NCBI GenBank assembly: GCA_965249135.1
Contig: OZ252220.1
Span: 320,001-384,000, forward strand
Source of the DNA: Alphaproteobacteria bacterium
Lineage (GTDB): Bacteria > Pseudomonadota > Alphaproteobacteria > GCA-2746255
Direction: 5' to 3'
Length of the DNA: 64,000 nt
This document shows positions 18,389 to 29,388 of the stretch, in pieces. Below the pieces are notes generated by a model. That model was not told the origin of the DNA and did not search any database. It saw only the letters and a program-made list of their open reading frames with translations. Made by a program: the position numbers and the translations under genes. Numbering within the stretch: position 1 is the stretch's first letter; each line of letters begins with the position of its first letter.

Positions 18389-18562
18389 GTTTTATGTACA
18401 ACTAAATATAAAATAAATAAAAAAATTTTATTTAAATGTATTCATAACGCTTATTACTTTTTATATTAATCGTATTATTGTTTTTTATATGGAGATTTAC
18501 TTTTCATTAACATTTTACTCTTATAAAAACGTCTATTAGCTTCATCCAGGAGGAACCAAGCT

Positions 18563-18739
18563 ATGAAGACGTTACGCGAATTTCTGAAGGACGAATCCGG
18601 TGCGACCGCGATCGAGTACGGCCTGATCGCCGCCCTCGTGTCGGTTGCGGCGATTGGCGCCCTGCAGGCGATGGGAACCTCGTTGAACACGATGTTCACG
18701 GCCGTTTCGACCGCCTTGGACACCGCGGTGAATCCGTAA
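18563..18739 (+). CDS. flp: Flp/Fap type IVc pilin (58 aa; absent from the ORF track)
   Basis: AGGAGG RBS; MKTLREFLKDESG/ATAIEYGLIAALV Flp motif; TAA at 18737-18739. Confidence 0.95.
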   Translation: MKTLREFLKDESGATAIEYGLIAALVSVAAIGALQAMGTSLNTMFTAVSTALDTAVNP

Positions 18740-18885
18740 GGGGCACTTAATGTTTGAGGATGTCGGAGGCGGGGATGCAGATGCGTACTGATAACTGCCG
18801 TGAAGATTGGGCGACGGGGTCACCCCGTGTCCCTTGCCTCCGCTCTCCTTGCTTCCTGCAATTTTCCTAGGGGGAGGGTTGCAAA

Positions 18886-19380
18886 ATGATTTCGGCCCTG
18901 TTTCTTGATCAGGTGACGGTCGTTACGTTTCTGGCGCTGCTTACCTGGGCCGCGGTAAGCGATTATTACAGCTACCTCATTCCGAACCGTATTTCCGTGG
19001 CAGTGGCGCTGCTGTTTGTTGCTCACGCCATGGCCGGCGTTCCGGCCGTGGATTGGGCGGGCGCCCTGATCACCGGGGGGACCGTCTTTCTGGTCGGTGC
19101 GACGATGTTCGTCTTTCGGCTGATCGGCGGCGGCGACGTGAAACTCTTGTCGGCCGTCTCGCTTTGGGCCGGCCCGGTACAGATTGTCGACCTCCTTCTC
19201 ATAACGCCGCTGGCGGGCGGGTTGATCTCACTTGCCATGATGACGACGCTTCGCCTCTATCGGCCGGGCCCGGTGGAGACGATGGCCACCCTGCCGCGAT
19301 TCGACATACGCAAGCAATACATCCCTTATGGCGTTGCGATCGCCGTCGGCGGCTTCTATGTCGGCGCGCGCCTTCTGTGA
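18886..19380 (+). CDS. cpaA: Prepilin peptidase A24 (CpaA/TadV)
   Basis: SD...IPN, GGGDVKL, IPYGVAI. Confidence 0.92.
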   Translation: MISALFLDQVTVVTFLALLTWAAVSDYYSYLIPNRISVAVALLFVAHAMAGVPAVDWAGALITGGTVFLVGATMFVFRLIGGGDVKLLSAVSLWAGPVQIVDLLLITPLAGGLISLAMMTTLRLYRPGPVETMATLPRFDIRKQYIPYGVAIAVGGFYVGARLL

Positions 19381-19401
19381 CGGGATAGGGGAGGCCGATC
19401 G

Positions 19402-20262
19402 ATGGCAAGCATTCTCAGCCTCATCAACTTGCGGAGCATCGTCTTAATCATACTTGCGGTCGTTCTTTCGGTCGGAACGGCGCTTTTTGCGCGTGGTTGG
19501 GTCAACGCGGAACGTGCCGCCCTTGCCGCGCAATCGCGGGCGAATGAATCGAAGTTTCCCGCAAAGGAAATCCTGGTTGTCGGAGAGGATCTTCCGGCCG
19601 GTTCCTTCGTCAAACCGAAGCAGCTGCTTTGGCAGCCGTGGCCGGAAGAAAACCTTATGCCGGTCTATATCGTGAAGGGAAATGCGAAACGTGAGGATTT
19701 TGTCGATTCGGTTGTGCGTAGCGGGATCACCGCCGGCGAGCCGATTACGGAAGGACGCGTCGTTCGCCTTGGCGATCGGGGCTTCCTCACCGCGCTCCTC
19801 ACGCCGGGCATGCGGGCGGTCACGGTGGCGATCAATGCGACCTCCGGCATCGCCGGCTTCATTTTCCCAGGTGACCGGGTCGATCTCATCCTCACCCATG
19901 CGATTCGCTTGAATAGGGGCGAAAACGGAACTCTGAAACGGGCGAGCGAGACCGTCTTGCGCGACATCCGGATCCTTGCCGTCGATCAGCGAACGGATGA
20001 CCAGAACGGCGAGGTCGAGGTCGCACAAACCGCAACGCTTGAGGTGACGACAAAACAGGCGGAGATAATCGCCATGCTGACGGAGATGGGCAAGCTCTCC
20101 TTAAGCCTTCGCAGCTTGGCGGAAAATGGCCAGGCGGCGGTGAAATCTCAGCAGAAATGGCGCAGCTACACGTGGGATAGCGAGGTCAGTCCTCTCATCG
20201 GTGGGATAACGTGGCCCGTCACCGTGACGCGTGGGTCGGAACAGAAAGAAGTTCGGTTTTAG
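19402..20262 (+). CDS. cpaB: Flp pilus assembly protein CpaB (RcpC)
   Basis: SAF-like region, PGMRAV, GFIFPGDRVD, LAVDQ, LSLSLRS. Confidence 0.93.
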   Translation: MASILSLINLRSIVLIILAVVLSVGTALFARGWVNAERAALAAQSRANESKFPAKEILVVGEDLPAGSFVKPKQLLWQPWPEENLMPVYIVKGNAKREDFVDSVVRSGITAGEPITEGRVVRLGDRGFLTALLTPGMRAVTVAINATSGIAGFIFPGDRVDLILTHAIRLNRGENGTLKRASETVLRDIRILAVDQRTDDQNGEVEVAQTATLEVTTKQAEIIAMLTEMGKLSLSLRSLAENGQAAVKSQQKWRSYTWDSEVSPLIGGITWPVTVTRGSEQKEVRF

Positions 20263-20273
20263 GGCGACGACGA

Positions 20274-21725
20274 ATGTTACGTACGTTCCTGGCAACGGTT
20301 TTTGGGCTTCTCATCTTTGCGGCAACGCCGTCGGCGCTTACCGTCTTTGCGTCCGTGAATGCGGAGTTCATTCCGGCGCTTGATCAGCCGGTCGGGCTCG
20401 AGGTCAACGAAGGCAAATTGATTCGCCTGCAGAAGAACGCATCCTCCGTCTTCATCGCGAATCCAGAAATCGCCGATATTCAGGTGAAATCGCCGAAGAT
20501 CGTCTACGTCTTCGGAAAACGGACGGGCGAAACAACGCTCTATGCTGTCGACGAAGGCGGCAATCTGCTCGTTAATTCGAAGATTCATGTGAGCCACAGC
20601 CTGGCACGGCTTCGGCGCGCCATGCGCGACCTCCTGCCGGGAAGCCCGGTTCAGGTGACGTCCTTGGAGGGGGCGCTCGTGGTGAGCGGCGAGGTGGCCT
20701 CTGCCGTCGATGCCGAAGAGGTTCGCCGCCTGGCGGCGCGCTTTGTCACGGAAGAAGACGAGCTCATCTATCGCGTCCGTGTCACCGGGCCCAATCAGAT
20801 CAACCTCCGGGTTCGCATCACGGAGACCCAGCGCGAGGTCATGAAGGAATTCGGCATCAATTGGGACATCATGGGCACCGGCGGTGATATCGCGATTGGG
20901 CTTGCCACCGGCAATCCGATTGTCGCCGGCGGCGCCTCGACGATTGCGAACGCGGCGAGCCGTGCCCAGGCCTTTAGTACGAGGCAAAGCTTCGGACAGA
21001 CGACGACGAACAGCGTGTTTGGCGCCGTTTCAAGTGGCGGGCTCGATCTCAACTCGTTGATCGATGCGCTCGAAGATGAGGGGTTGATGACCGTGCTGGC
21101 GGAGCCGAACTTGACGGCCGTTTCCGGTGAAACGGCAAGCTTCCTCGCCGGTGGTGAATTTCCCATCCTGGTGCCGCAAAACGAGGACACGATTACGGTT
21201 GAGTTCAAGAAGTTCGGTGTCAGTCTCGCCTTCACGCCGACCATCCTCGACGATTCCCGGATCAGCCTTCGCGTCCGTCCTGAGGTCAGCCAGCTATCCA
21301 ACAACGGTGCGGTGATCTTCAACAATATCAGCATTCCGGCGCCGACGACGCGGCGCGCGGAAACCACGGTCGAACTCGGCAGCGGCCAGACCTTTGCGAT
21401 TACCGGCCTGTTGCAGAACAACCTCCAGAACTCGGTCAGCAAATTCCCTGGACTAGGCGATCTTCCGATTATCGGCGCGCTTTTCCGCTCATCTAGTTTC
21501 CAGCGAAACGAGACGGAGCTTGCCATCATCGTGACGCCTTACCTGGTTCGTCCGGCGTCTTCCGGCAGGATGCTGGGGGCGACGGACGGACTCGCGATGC
21601 CGTCCGATTTCGGGCGCATCGTCGAGGGCGAGCTCTTCCGCGAGCAGCCGCCGGAGGCGGGCCGCGAAGTCGACCGGTCGGTGAAACCGCGGCTGGTAGG
21701 CCCGGCCGGCTTCTCGATGGATTAG
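20274..21725 (+). CDS. cpaC: Tad secretin CpaC/RcpA
   Basis: LAEPNL, FLAGGEFP, ETTVELGSGQT, PGLGDLPIIGALF, IVTPYLV. Confidence 0.93.
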   Translation: MLRTFLATVFGLLIFAATPSALTVFASVNAEFIPALDQPVGLEVNEGKLIRLQKNASSVFIANPEIADIQVKSPKIVYVFGKRTGETTLYAVDEGGNLLVNSKIHVSHSLARLRRAMRDLLPGSPVQVTSLEGALVVSGEVASAVDAEEVRRLAARFVTEEDELIYRVRVTGPNQINLRVRITETQREVMKEFGINWDIMGTGGDIAIGLATGNPIVAGGASTIANAASRAQAFSTRQSFGQTTTNSVFGAVSSGGLDLNSLIDALEDEGLMTVLAEPNLTAVSGETASFLAGGEFPILVPQNEDTITVEFKKFGVSLAFTPTILDDSRISLRVRPEVSQLSNNGAVIFNNISIPAPTTRRAETTVELGSGQTFAITGLLQNNLQNSVSKFPGLGDLPIIGALFRSSSFQRNETELAIIVTPYLVRPASSGRMLGATDGLAMPSDFGRIVEGELFREQPPEAGREVDRSVKPRLVGPAGFSMD

Positions 21726-21756
21726 GAGGGTGGGCATGGATTCGATTTGAAAGGCG

Positions 21757-22395
21757 ATGGCGCGCCTTCTTACAGGCGCTCTTCTCGGTGCCTTGGCCGC
21801 CTGCGTGTCGGTGACGGAAGCCGACCTCGCCGTCAACGAGACCCCGAAGAAACTGGAGGTCGAATGGTCCCGGATGACACATCTCGTGGACTTTAAACCA
21901 CGCGAGGCCGCCCTTGCCGAGGATACGAAGGCAGAACTTGTCGCCTTCCTCGAGCGGAACTATTCGAGCCCGGACGATCTCATCCTTATCAACCCCGGCA
22001 AGGCGTTCGGCGACAAACGGCCCCTCTTCAAAACACGAGGAAAGGCCGTCCAGAATTTCCTTGCGGACCTCGGCTACGCCTCGGAGGTGGTGCCTTCGAA
22101 TGCGGAGGTCGAGAATTTCGTCATCGTCGCGGTTGAGCATTACGACGTCCGACTCCCGGCCTGTCCGGATTGGCGGAAGAATCCCCCGCTAACGAACGGG
22201 GTGTGGAGCAATTACGGCTGCACGGATGCGGTGAATTTGGGACGGATGCTCGCCCATCCGCGGGACATGGTGATCGGACGCGAACTTGGTCCGATGGATG
22301 GCACTACGGCGGCGTCCGCTATTGAGCGGTACCGTAAAGGCGAAGTCAAAGCACTCGAAATAGAAGAAACATCCGAAGATGAAAGCGGCAACTAA
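21757..22395 (+). CDS. cpaD: Pilus assembly lipoprotein CpaD
   Basis: LAAC lipobox; CPDW..NYGC..NL..M..PRD. Confidence 0.85.
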   Translation: MARLLTGALLGALAACVSVTEADLAVNETPKKLEVEWSRMTHLVDFKPREAALAEDTKAELVAFLERNYSSPDDLILINPGKAFGDKRPLFKTRGKAVQNFLADLGYASEVVPSNAEVENFVIVAVEHYDVRLPACPDWRKNPPLTNGVWSNYGCTDAVNLGRMLAHPRDMVIGRELGPMDGTTAASAIERYRKGEVKALEIEETSEDESGN

Positions 22396-23593
22396 CACGG
22401 CTGTGAAACCTGCACAACGTCCGGACGCCGAGCCTTTCCTCGCGTTCGTTGTGGATGACGTCACGCGCGAAACGCTCGACCTTCTTGCGAAGCAGGAGCA
22501 ATGGCCGGGAACACAGATCTTTTCAGGCGGCATTGCGGCGGCGATCGAGGCGTTGGAATCGCGCTCCTCGCCAAAACTGCTCGTCGTCGACCTCGCGGAT
22601 TCGGATGAGCCTCTGGCCGACGTGCACCTCCTGGCCGAAGTGTGTGACGCCGAGACGACGGTTATTGCGATCGGAGTCACGAACGACGTGCAGCTGTTCC
22701 GTTCGCTTCTTGATGCCGGCGTTGCCGATTATTTGGTCAAGCCGGTTACCTTCGCGGCATTTCAGAATGCGATCCGGGTTCTTTCCAACACGCGAACGGA
22801 AACGGAGGAAGGCGGTTCGGGCAGGCTGGTGACGATCGTCGGCGCGCGCGGCGGAGTCGGCGCCAGCACGCTCGCCGTAAACAGCGCGTGGCTGATCGCC
22901 CATGAGCAAAAACAGCGCGTAGCCCTTGTCGACGTCGACCTTCAATTCGGCACGGTCTCCCTTTCCCTGGATCTTGCGCCGAGTCGGGGTTTTCGTGAAG
23001 CGCTCGAAAATCCGGAGCGGGTCGACGACCTTTTCGTCGCCAGCGTTCTCGTGACGGAAAGCGAGAACTTGTACGTCCTTGGTGCGGAAGAGGCCCTTGA
23101 TGAGGACCTCGCCTTCGACCCGCGGGGGCTTCACCGTATGATCATGGAGCTCCGGCGCAATTTTGAATGCATCGTGCTCGATCTTCCCCGTGTCTTGGTG
23201 CTCCGCTATCGGGAAGTCCTCGCCGACTCCGCTGCGGTGGCCGTTGTCACCGATTTTTCGCTCGCCGGGATGCGGGATACGGTGCGGCTCCGTTCCCTGA
23301 TTCGCAACGCCGCTCCCCGGGCCAAACTCTCCATCATCGTCAACCGCGCCCGTCCGGAAGACGGAAGCGACGTGCCGAAGAGCGCCTTCGAGGAGGCAAT
23401 CGAGGTACCGATCGATGAAATCGTTCCCTATGACCGGAGGGCCCTTGCTCTTGCCAACCGGTCCGGAAAGCCGGTGCCGGCCGTCATGACGAACAGTCCG
23501 GTCGCAAAAGCCTACCGCGCAGTGGGCAGGGTGCTCTCCGGCGTCGAGCCCGTCGCCGAATCCTCTTCCTTCATCCGAATGTTGAAACGATGA
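22379..23593 (+). CDS. cpaE: CpaE/TadZ receiver plus MinD-like ATPase
   Basis: Atypical receiver (DYLVKP), GARGGVGAST, DVDLQFG. Confidence 0.92.
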   Translation: MKAATNTAVKPAQRPDAEPFLAFVVDDVTRETLDLLAKQEQWPGTQIFSGGIAAAIEALESRSSPKLLVVDLADSDEPLADVHLLAEVCDAETTVIAIGVTNDVQLFRSLLDAGVADYLVKPVTFAAFQNAIRVLSNTRTETEEGGSGRLVTIVGARGGVGASTLAVNSAWLIAHEQKQRVALVDVDLQFGTVSLSLDLAPSRGFREALENPERVDDLFVASVLVTESENLYVLGAEEALDEDLAFDPRGLHRMIMELRRNFECIVLDLPRVLVLRYREVLADSAAVAVVTDFSLAGMRDTVRLRSLIRNAAPRAKLSIIVNRARPEDGSDVPKSAFEEAIEVPIDEIVPYDRRALALANRSGKPVPAVMTNSPVAKAYRAVGRVLSGVEPVAESSSFIRMLKR

Positions 23594-25308
23594 AAACGCG
23601 GTCTTTTGGAAAACGCGGGCTGGCGACGGTTTATTCGCTAAGCGAACTGCGGTTGATCGAAGGCGACACAGGCAGGCAATCGCCGATCATTGCCCCGTAC
23701 GAGAAGAAGGCAAATACCGGAAAAGAAGTCATCGAATCCTTTCCGCAAGCCTCGCCCAATCTTGAGGACTTTTTTCTTCGTCTGCGGCCGATCGTGCGGA
23801 AAAACATTGCCGATGCGGCCAAGCAGGGCGCGCCACGCGGCATCCTGGCCGGAAAGATCGAGGAAATCGTCCAAGAAGGCAAAGGGGACGAAGACGGGGA
23901 AAAGACGATCGATGCACGCAACCTTGTCACCCTTCTTCTGAACGACCTCCTTTCCTTTGCAGGTGTTGCGCCCTGCGGCTCAACCGACAGAAGGGACAGC
24001 GGAGAGGGTAAAACCGCGCCTCCCGCCTCGAATCGTTCGCCCGCCTCGAATCGTTCGAAAGTCGAAGGGGCGAACCTTTTGGTCCGGCCGGTGCTGCTCG
24101 ATCGCCTCGATGCCGCGGCCGCGGCCGAGCTTCCGCGCGGCGAACTTGCGACGCAGATCGAAGAAGTGCTCGGCGAAATCCTCCGGGAACATGACATCCG
24201 CCTCAATCAGCTTGAACAACGGGACCTGGTCACCTCGCTTGTCAACGACATGATGGGGCTTGGCCCGCTGGAGAAGCTGCTGGCCGACGAAACCATCACC
24301 GACATCATGATCAACGGCCCGGACCAGGTCTTCGTGGAACGCCGGGGCAAGCTCGAATTGACGGATGTCGCCTTCCAAAACAACGCCCATCTCATGAACA
24401 TCGCCACCCGGATCGTGACCAGGGTCGGCCGGCGAATCGATGAGGCCATACCGCTTGTCGACGCCCGTCTCGAAGACGGAAGCCGCGTCAATATCATCAT
24501 TCCGCCGCTTGCGATCGATGGCCCCTCCGTGTCGATCCGTAAATTTTCAAAAAGGCGGTTGACGCTTGAGACGATGGTCTCACAGAAAAACGCGTCCAAC
24601 GAAATGGCGACCCTTTTGAAAATTGCCTCGCGTTCGCGATTGAATATCTTGATTTCCGGAGGTACGGGATCGGGGAAGACGACCCTTCTGAATGCGCTTT
24701 CGGCGACGATCGATCCCGGAGAGCGAATCGTTACGATTGAGGATGCGGCCGAGTTGCGACTCCAGCAACCTCACGTGGTTCGGTTGGAGACCAGGCCATC
24801 GAATCTTGAGGGCCAAGGCGAAATCATGATGCGGGACCTTGTCCGCAACGCGCTGCGCATGCGGCCGGACCGCATCATTCTTGGCGAAATTCGTGGGGCC
24901 GAAGCGGTCGACATGCTGCAGGCGATGAACACCGGTCACGAAGGCTCCATGTGCACGATTCACGCAAACCGTCCGCGCGAGGCGCTGACCCGTCTCGAAA
25001 ACATGGTGGCGATGGCAAACGTGAATCTGCCGGCACGTGCCGTCCGCAGCCAGATTGCCGAAGCGGTCGATCTCATCGTCCAGGTCAGCCGCATGCGGGA
25101 CGGCGTCCGCCGGATTATCAACATCATGGAAGTTGTCGGCATGGAAGGCGAGGTCATCACGACTCAGGAACTGTTCCGGTTCGACTTCGAGGGCGAGGGG
25201 GACGACGGCATCTTGCGTGGCAGCTTCCGCTCGACCGGGACGCGGCCACACTTCCTGCCGAAGGCCGAGTACTACGGTCTTGGCCGGGCGTTGATGGAAG
25301 CAGTGTGA
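23590..25308 (+). CDS. cpaF: Tad secretion ATPase CpaF/TadA with extended N-terminus
   Basis: [35 protein letters not shown]. Confidence 0.95.
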   Translation: MKTRSFGKRGLATVYSLSELRLIEGDTGRQSPIIAPYEKKANTGKEVIESFPQASPNLEDFFLRLRPIVRKNIADAAKQGAPRGILAGKIEEIVQEGKGDEDGEKTIDARNLVTLLLNDLLSFAGVAPCGSTDRRDSGEGKTAPPASNRSPASNRSKVEGANLLVRPVLLDRLDAAAAAELPRGELATQIEEVLGEILREHDIRLNQLEQRDLVTSLVNDMMGLGPLEKLLADETITDIMINGPDQVFVERRGKLELTDVAFQNNAHLMNIATRIVTRVGRRIDEAIPLVDARLEDGSRVNIIIPPLAIDGPSVSIRKFSKRRLTLETMVSQKNASNEMATLLKIASRSRLNILISGGTGSGKTTLLNALSATIDPGERIVTIEDAAELRLQQPHVVRLETRPSNLEGQGEIMMRDLVRNALRMRPDRIILGEIRGAEAVDMLQAMNTGHEGSMCTIHANRPREALTRLENMVAMANVNLPARAVRSQIAEAVDLIVQVSRMRDGVRRIINIMEVVGMEGEVITTQELFRFDFEGEGDDGILRGSFRSTGTRPHFLPKAEYYGLGRALMEAV

Positions 25309-26304
25309 TGGGCACGCTTCCCGCCAGCGACGAATTCTTGATGTTGGTGGCGCTCTTCGGGGTGGGTGGCGCCCTGATGGTGATCACGCTTGCCTTCACC
25401 GCGATACGCGCGCGCGCGTATCGGGCGTCGGATCGAAAAGATCAACCGCCGTCTCGAGGTGGAGAGCCCGGATGAGCCGAAACTCGGATTCCGGCGAAAC
25501 CAAAACTATAGTTCCATCGATGCCTTCGATCGGCTGCTTCGGCGCTGGCTTCCGAATCCGGCCATGTTGCAGATGCGTCTTAAGAAAACGGGCAAGGAAA
25601 TCACTCCCGGCGAGTACGTCCTCGTCTGTGTCGTGCTGATGGCGGCGGTTTCCATTCTTTCTGCAAAAGTGTTCGGGTTTCCGCTGCTGCTTTCGTTTTC
25701 GGCGGGGATTTTTATCGGCATCGGCCTTCCTCATCTCGTCCTGAATCTACTGATCGCAAGGCGAGAGAAACATTTTATGGCCCTTTTTCCGGAAGCGATC
25801 GACCTGATCGTTCGCGGGCTCAAGTCCGGTTTGCCGGTCTCCGGCTCGATCGCCACCGTAGGGAGCGAGATCGCCGATCCGGTCGGTACGGAATTTCGCC
25901 GGATCGATGAACATATGCGGATGGGACAAAGCCTGGACGAGGCCCTGCAGAGGGCGGCGAGCCGGATCGATACGGCCGAATTCAAATTTTTTGTCATTAG
26001 CCTTGCCGTGCAACGGGAGACGGGCGGCAACCTGACGGAGACCCTGGAAAACCTTTCCGACATTCTTCGAAAGCGCCGCCAAATGAAATTGAAGGTGCGG
26101 GCCATGTCGTCGGAGGCAAAGTCCAGCGCCTACATCATCGGCTCGTTGCCGTTTTTGATGTTTGCCATCCTTTATCTGTTGAATGGCTAATACGTGATGA
26201 AACTCTTTATCGACCCCCGCGGAAAATTTCTGCTGGGGATCGGCCTTGCTAGCATGGCGATCGGCGCCCTTGTGATGATGAAGATGGTGAGGTTTCGGGT
26301 CTGA
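25308..26304 (+). pseudogene. tadB: TadB (T2SS F-domain), disrupted
   Basis: N-terminal TM in one frame, frameshift near 25400-25420 by a (CG)n run; FPEAIDLIVRGLKSG, QRETGGNL; in-frame TAA at 26188-26190, then the TM tail continues to TGA 26302-26304. Confidence 0.88.
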
Positions 26305-27280
26305 TGACGTTCGACCTTATACCCTTTGGAATGGCGCCCGAGGACTTCGTCGCGCTGCTTGCCGCCGCCGCCGCAATGGTGAGCGTGATGGCCGTTTGGT
26401 ATGGATTGATTGCCCGCAACTCGATGACGGCACGCATTCGCGGCTTGCTAGCACGCCGTGATGAACTTCAGGCCGGATTCTTCGCCGCACCACGCCGCCA
26501 TGAATCACGCGAGTTCGGGGTGGGCATGATGCGTAAGGTTGTGAAGCGACTGAACCTGATGCGCTCTGCCAAGGTTGATCAGATCATGCGGCATCTTTCA
26601 AAAGCGGGCTGGCGCCGGCGCGATGCCCTCGTCATCTACCTGTTCGCAAAGGCGACCCTGCCGCTCGTCTTCGGGGCCGTGGCCGCCTTTCTGATCTATG
26701 GCGTCGGAATCTTCGGGCCGGGCTCCATGACGAATCTGATGTTTGCGATTGGTGCGGTGGTGGTGGGGCATTCGCACCGGAACTCGCCGTGAAGAACCGG
26801 GTCCGGCGGCGCAAGCAGCAGGTCCAGATGGGTCTGCCCGATGGCCTCGATTTGATGGTGATCTGCACGGAGGCGGGATTGAGTTTGGATGCGATGCTCG
26901 AACGGGTCTCGCGCGAACTCGCGCTTTCCTGGCCCGAGCTTGCCGACGAACTGGAGCTGACGGCCGTTGAGCTCGGCTTTCTGCCCGAGCGAAAACAAGC
27001 CCTCGATCACCTGGATGCACGGACCAACCTGAAGGAAATTCGCGGACTCGTGAACATGTTGGTCCAGACGGAGAAGTACGGCACCCCGCTTGCCCATTCC
27101 CTTCGGGTGCTGGCAAAGGAGTTCCGCAACGACCGGTTGATGCGGGCGGAAGAAAAGGCGGCCCGCCTGCCGGCGATCCTGACCGTGCCGATGATCCTCT
27201 TTATTCTGCCGGCACTCTTTATCGTGCTGATCGGGCCCGCCATCCTCAATGTGATCGACGGCTTCGGGGGTCTGCAATGA
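26304..27280 (+). pseudogene. tadC: TadC (T2SS F-domain), frameshifted
   Basis: Adding one G to GGGG near 26765-26768 restores GAFAPELAVKNR; LPDGLDLMVICTEAG, EEKAARLP. Confidence 0.85.
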
Positions 27281-27309
27281 TTGGGCGTCCGGCTTCTGGC
27301 GCGCCGAAA

Positions 27310-28185
27310 TCAGTCACCCTTCGAGGCGGCCGCCGTGGCGTTTGCCTCGGCGTCACCTCCCATGGCGGCGTTCGCCTTGGCGGGACCCGAAAGCGTCTGC
27401 AGGTAGCGGTAGTAAGCGACATTGTTTTGGACCGCCGTCTCCTGCAGATCGATGCGGCCGACCCTCGCCGCCGCGTTAAAGTCACCGGCGAGGCCATGGG
27501 CAAGGGCCAGGTTTTGCCGTTCGCGGGGCGTGGCTGCCGGATCGTCGGCAACCTCCTTCAGAAGCGCGATCGCGGCGTCGTATTCCCCGGCAAGCGCTAT
27601 CGAAAGCCCGAGATTGTTCCGGACGGAGAGGCTGGCCGGTGCCAAGGTCAGCGCTTGCCGGTAATGGGTCTGCGCGCCCTTATGGTCACCGATGCGATCA
27701 AATGCCACGCCCATGCCGTTGAGGGCAGAAATATCCGCCTTGTTGAGCCGGTGGATTTTTTCGAATTCCTTGTAAGCAAGTTCCGGCTGATTGAGAGTAA
27801 GCAGCGTGTTGGCGAGCTCACGCAGCGCGCGCACCTGCTTCGAATCAATCGCCAGAGCCATGCGGAAGGCTTCCACCGCGTCGCGTTTGGGGCCCATCCC
27901 GTTCAGCGTGGTCCCCAGCTCGACGAGGGGTTCCACGCGCTCGGGCTCGAGAAGATGCGCGCGACGGTAAAGGGTTGCGGCCGAAGAAAGGTTCCCGCCC
28001 GCGCGGGTATTGCCGGCGATCCGAAGCAGGGTATCCACCGATGTCGCCTCTGCCTGTGCGTTCATCGGCGTGTGAGGCCCTTCACTTCCGTTCAAAGCGC
28101 AAGCCGCAACGAACAGAACAAGGCCCATCACGCCAAGAGGCAGAGCTCGGCAAAGGTGCAACCGGAAATTTTTTATCCAAGGCAT
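27310..28185 (-). CDS. tadD: TadD-like TPR lipoprotein
   Basis: VAAC lipobox, TPR repeats, RNNLGLS, RQNLALAHGL.G. Confidence 0.85.
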   Translation of the reverse strand: MPWIKNFRLHLCRALPLGVMGLVLFVAACALNGSEGPHTPMNAQAEATSVDTLLRIAGNTRAGGNLSSAATLYRRAHLLEPERVEPLVELGTTLNGMGPKRDAVEAFRMALAIDSKQVRALRELANTLLTLNQPELAYKEFEKIHRLNKADISALNGMGVAFDRIGDHKGAQTHYRQALTLAPASLSVRNNLGLSIALAGEYDAAIALLKEVADDPAATPRERQNLALAHGLAGDFNAAARVGRIDLQETAVQNNVAYYRYLQTLSGPAKANAAMGGDAEANATAAASKGD

Positions 28186-28232
28186 GCCATGGGAATCCTA
28201 GCGCGCCCTCCCTTGCCGAATGGTAAACACCG

Positions 28233-28817
28233 ATGCTGAAAATTCCTGAAATTATCCGCGATTTCCAAGGTTTGCGTTGGCGAGAGCAAGGCTCGACCGC
28301 GGTCGAGTTTGCCTTTGCGATGCCGATTCTTGCCGCCGCCCTCGTCGGTCTCGTCGAGCTGGCCATGATTATGCTTGTCACGACCTTGATGGAAGGCGGT
28401 TTGCGCGAGGCATCCCGGTTCGGTGTCACCGGATTCGAGCCGGCGGGCATTACCCGCGAACAGCGCATCCTCGATATTCTCGCCGAGCATACGATCGGTC
28501 TGGTCGACATCGGGCAGGCGGAGATCACGACCCTCATCTATCCCGATTTCGATGGCATCGGAGATCCGGAGCCCTACACGGACGACTCGCCCGCAAACGG
28601 CAGCTATGACGTAGGCGAGGGTTTCGTTGACGTGAACGGCAACGGCCAATGGGACGAGGATATGGGCGCCGCCGGCGCGGGCGATTCCGGCGACATCGTC
28701 GTCTATCGGATTACCTATGACTGGGAGATGTTGACCGGTCTCTTGGATGCCTTCATCGGCCAGAACGGTGCGATCCAGCTTACGGCCAGCGTGGCCGTCC
28801 AGAACGAACCTTTCTAG
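28233..28817 (+). CDS. tadE: TadE-like pseudopilin with acidic Ca-binding-like repeats
   Basis: G/STAVEFA; EPYTD..NGSYDVGEGFVDVNGNGQWD; C-terminal NEPF. Confidence 0.88.
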   Translation: MLKIPEIIRDFQGLRWREQGSTAVEFAFAMPILAAALVGLVELAMIMLVTTLMEGGLREASRFGVTGFEPAGITREQRILDILAEHTIGLVDIGQAEITTLIYPDFDGIGDPEPYTDDSPANGSYDVGEGFVDVNGNGQWDEDMGAAGAGDSGDIVVYRITYDWEMLTGLLDAFIGQNGAIQLTASVAVQNEPF

Positions 28818-28826
28818 GGGGCGGGA

Positions 28827-29365
28827 ATGCACGGACTTTACCACATCGGGAAAGATCGCCGGGGAGCGATCCTCGTCGAAATGGCGTTCGCTATACCGCT
28901 CTTGCTCGCCATGATTCTGGCAGGCACCGAGCTTGCCCGCTACATGCTCCTGCAGCAAAAGCTTGATGCGATCGCCATCACGACGGCCGATTTGGTCTCA
29001 CAACGCGAACAGATTTCCGCAGCAACCGTCGATCAGATCTTTGCGGCGACAGACCACATCATCGCGCCCTTCACCTTTGGTGCGAATGGTGTCGTTATCG
29101 TGACATCCGTAGCGCCAATGGCGGCAGCGGACCTCAGGTCGACTGGCAGCGGGCAGGTGGTGGCATGCTAGCCGTGGGCAGCGCGGTTGGATCACCGGGC
29201 GGGGCGGCAACCCTTCCGGCCGTTTTTCTGGTGCGGGATGGCGAGAACGCGATTATCGCGGAAGTGTTCTTCAATTACACGCCCCTGCTGCAAACGGCAT
29301 TCCTTTCCGATTCGCAAGTCTATCACCGTTCGTTCTTTCGCCCGCGCTTCGGCTCCTTAAGCTAA
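28827..29365 (+). pseudogene. TadE/TadF-like pseudopilin, frameshifted
   Basis: DRRG/AILVEMA; frame change near 29110 joins to ..VDWQR..IIAEVFFNYTP..FRPR. Confidence 0.8.
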
Positions 29366-29388
29366 CTGCAATAGCCTGCCTTCAAAAA

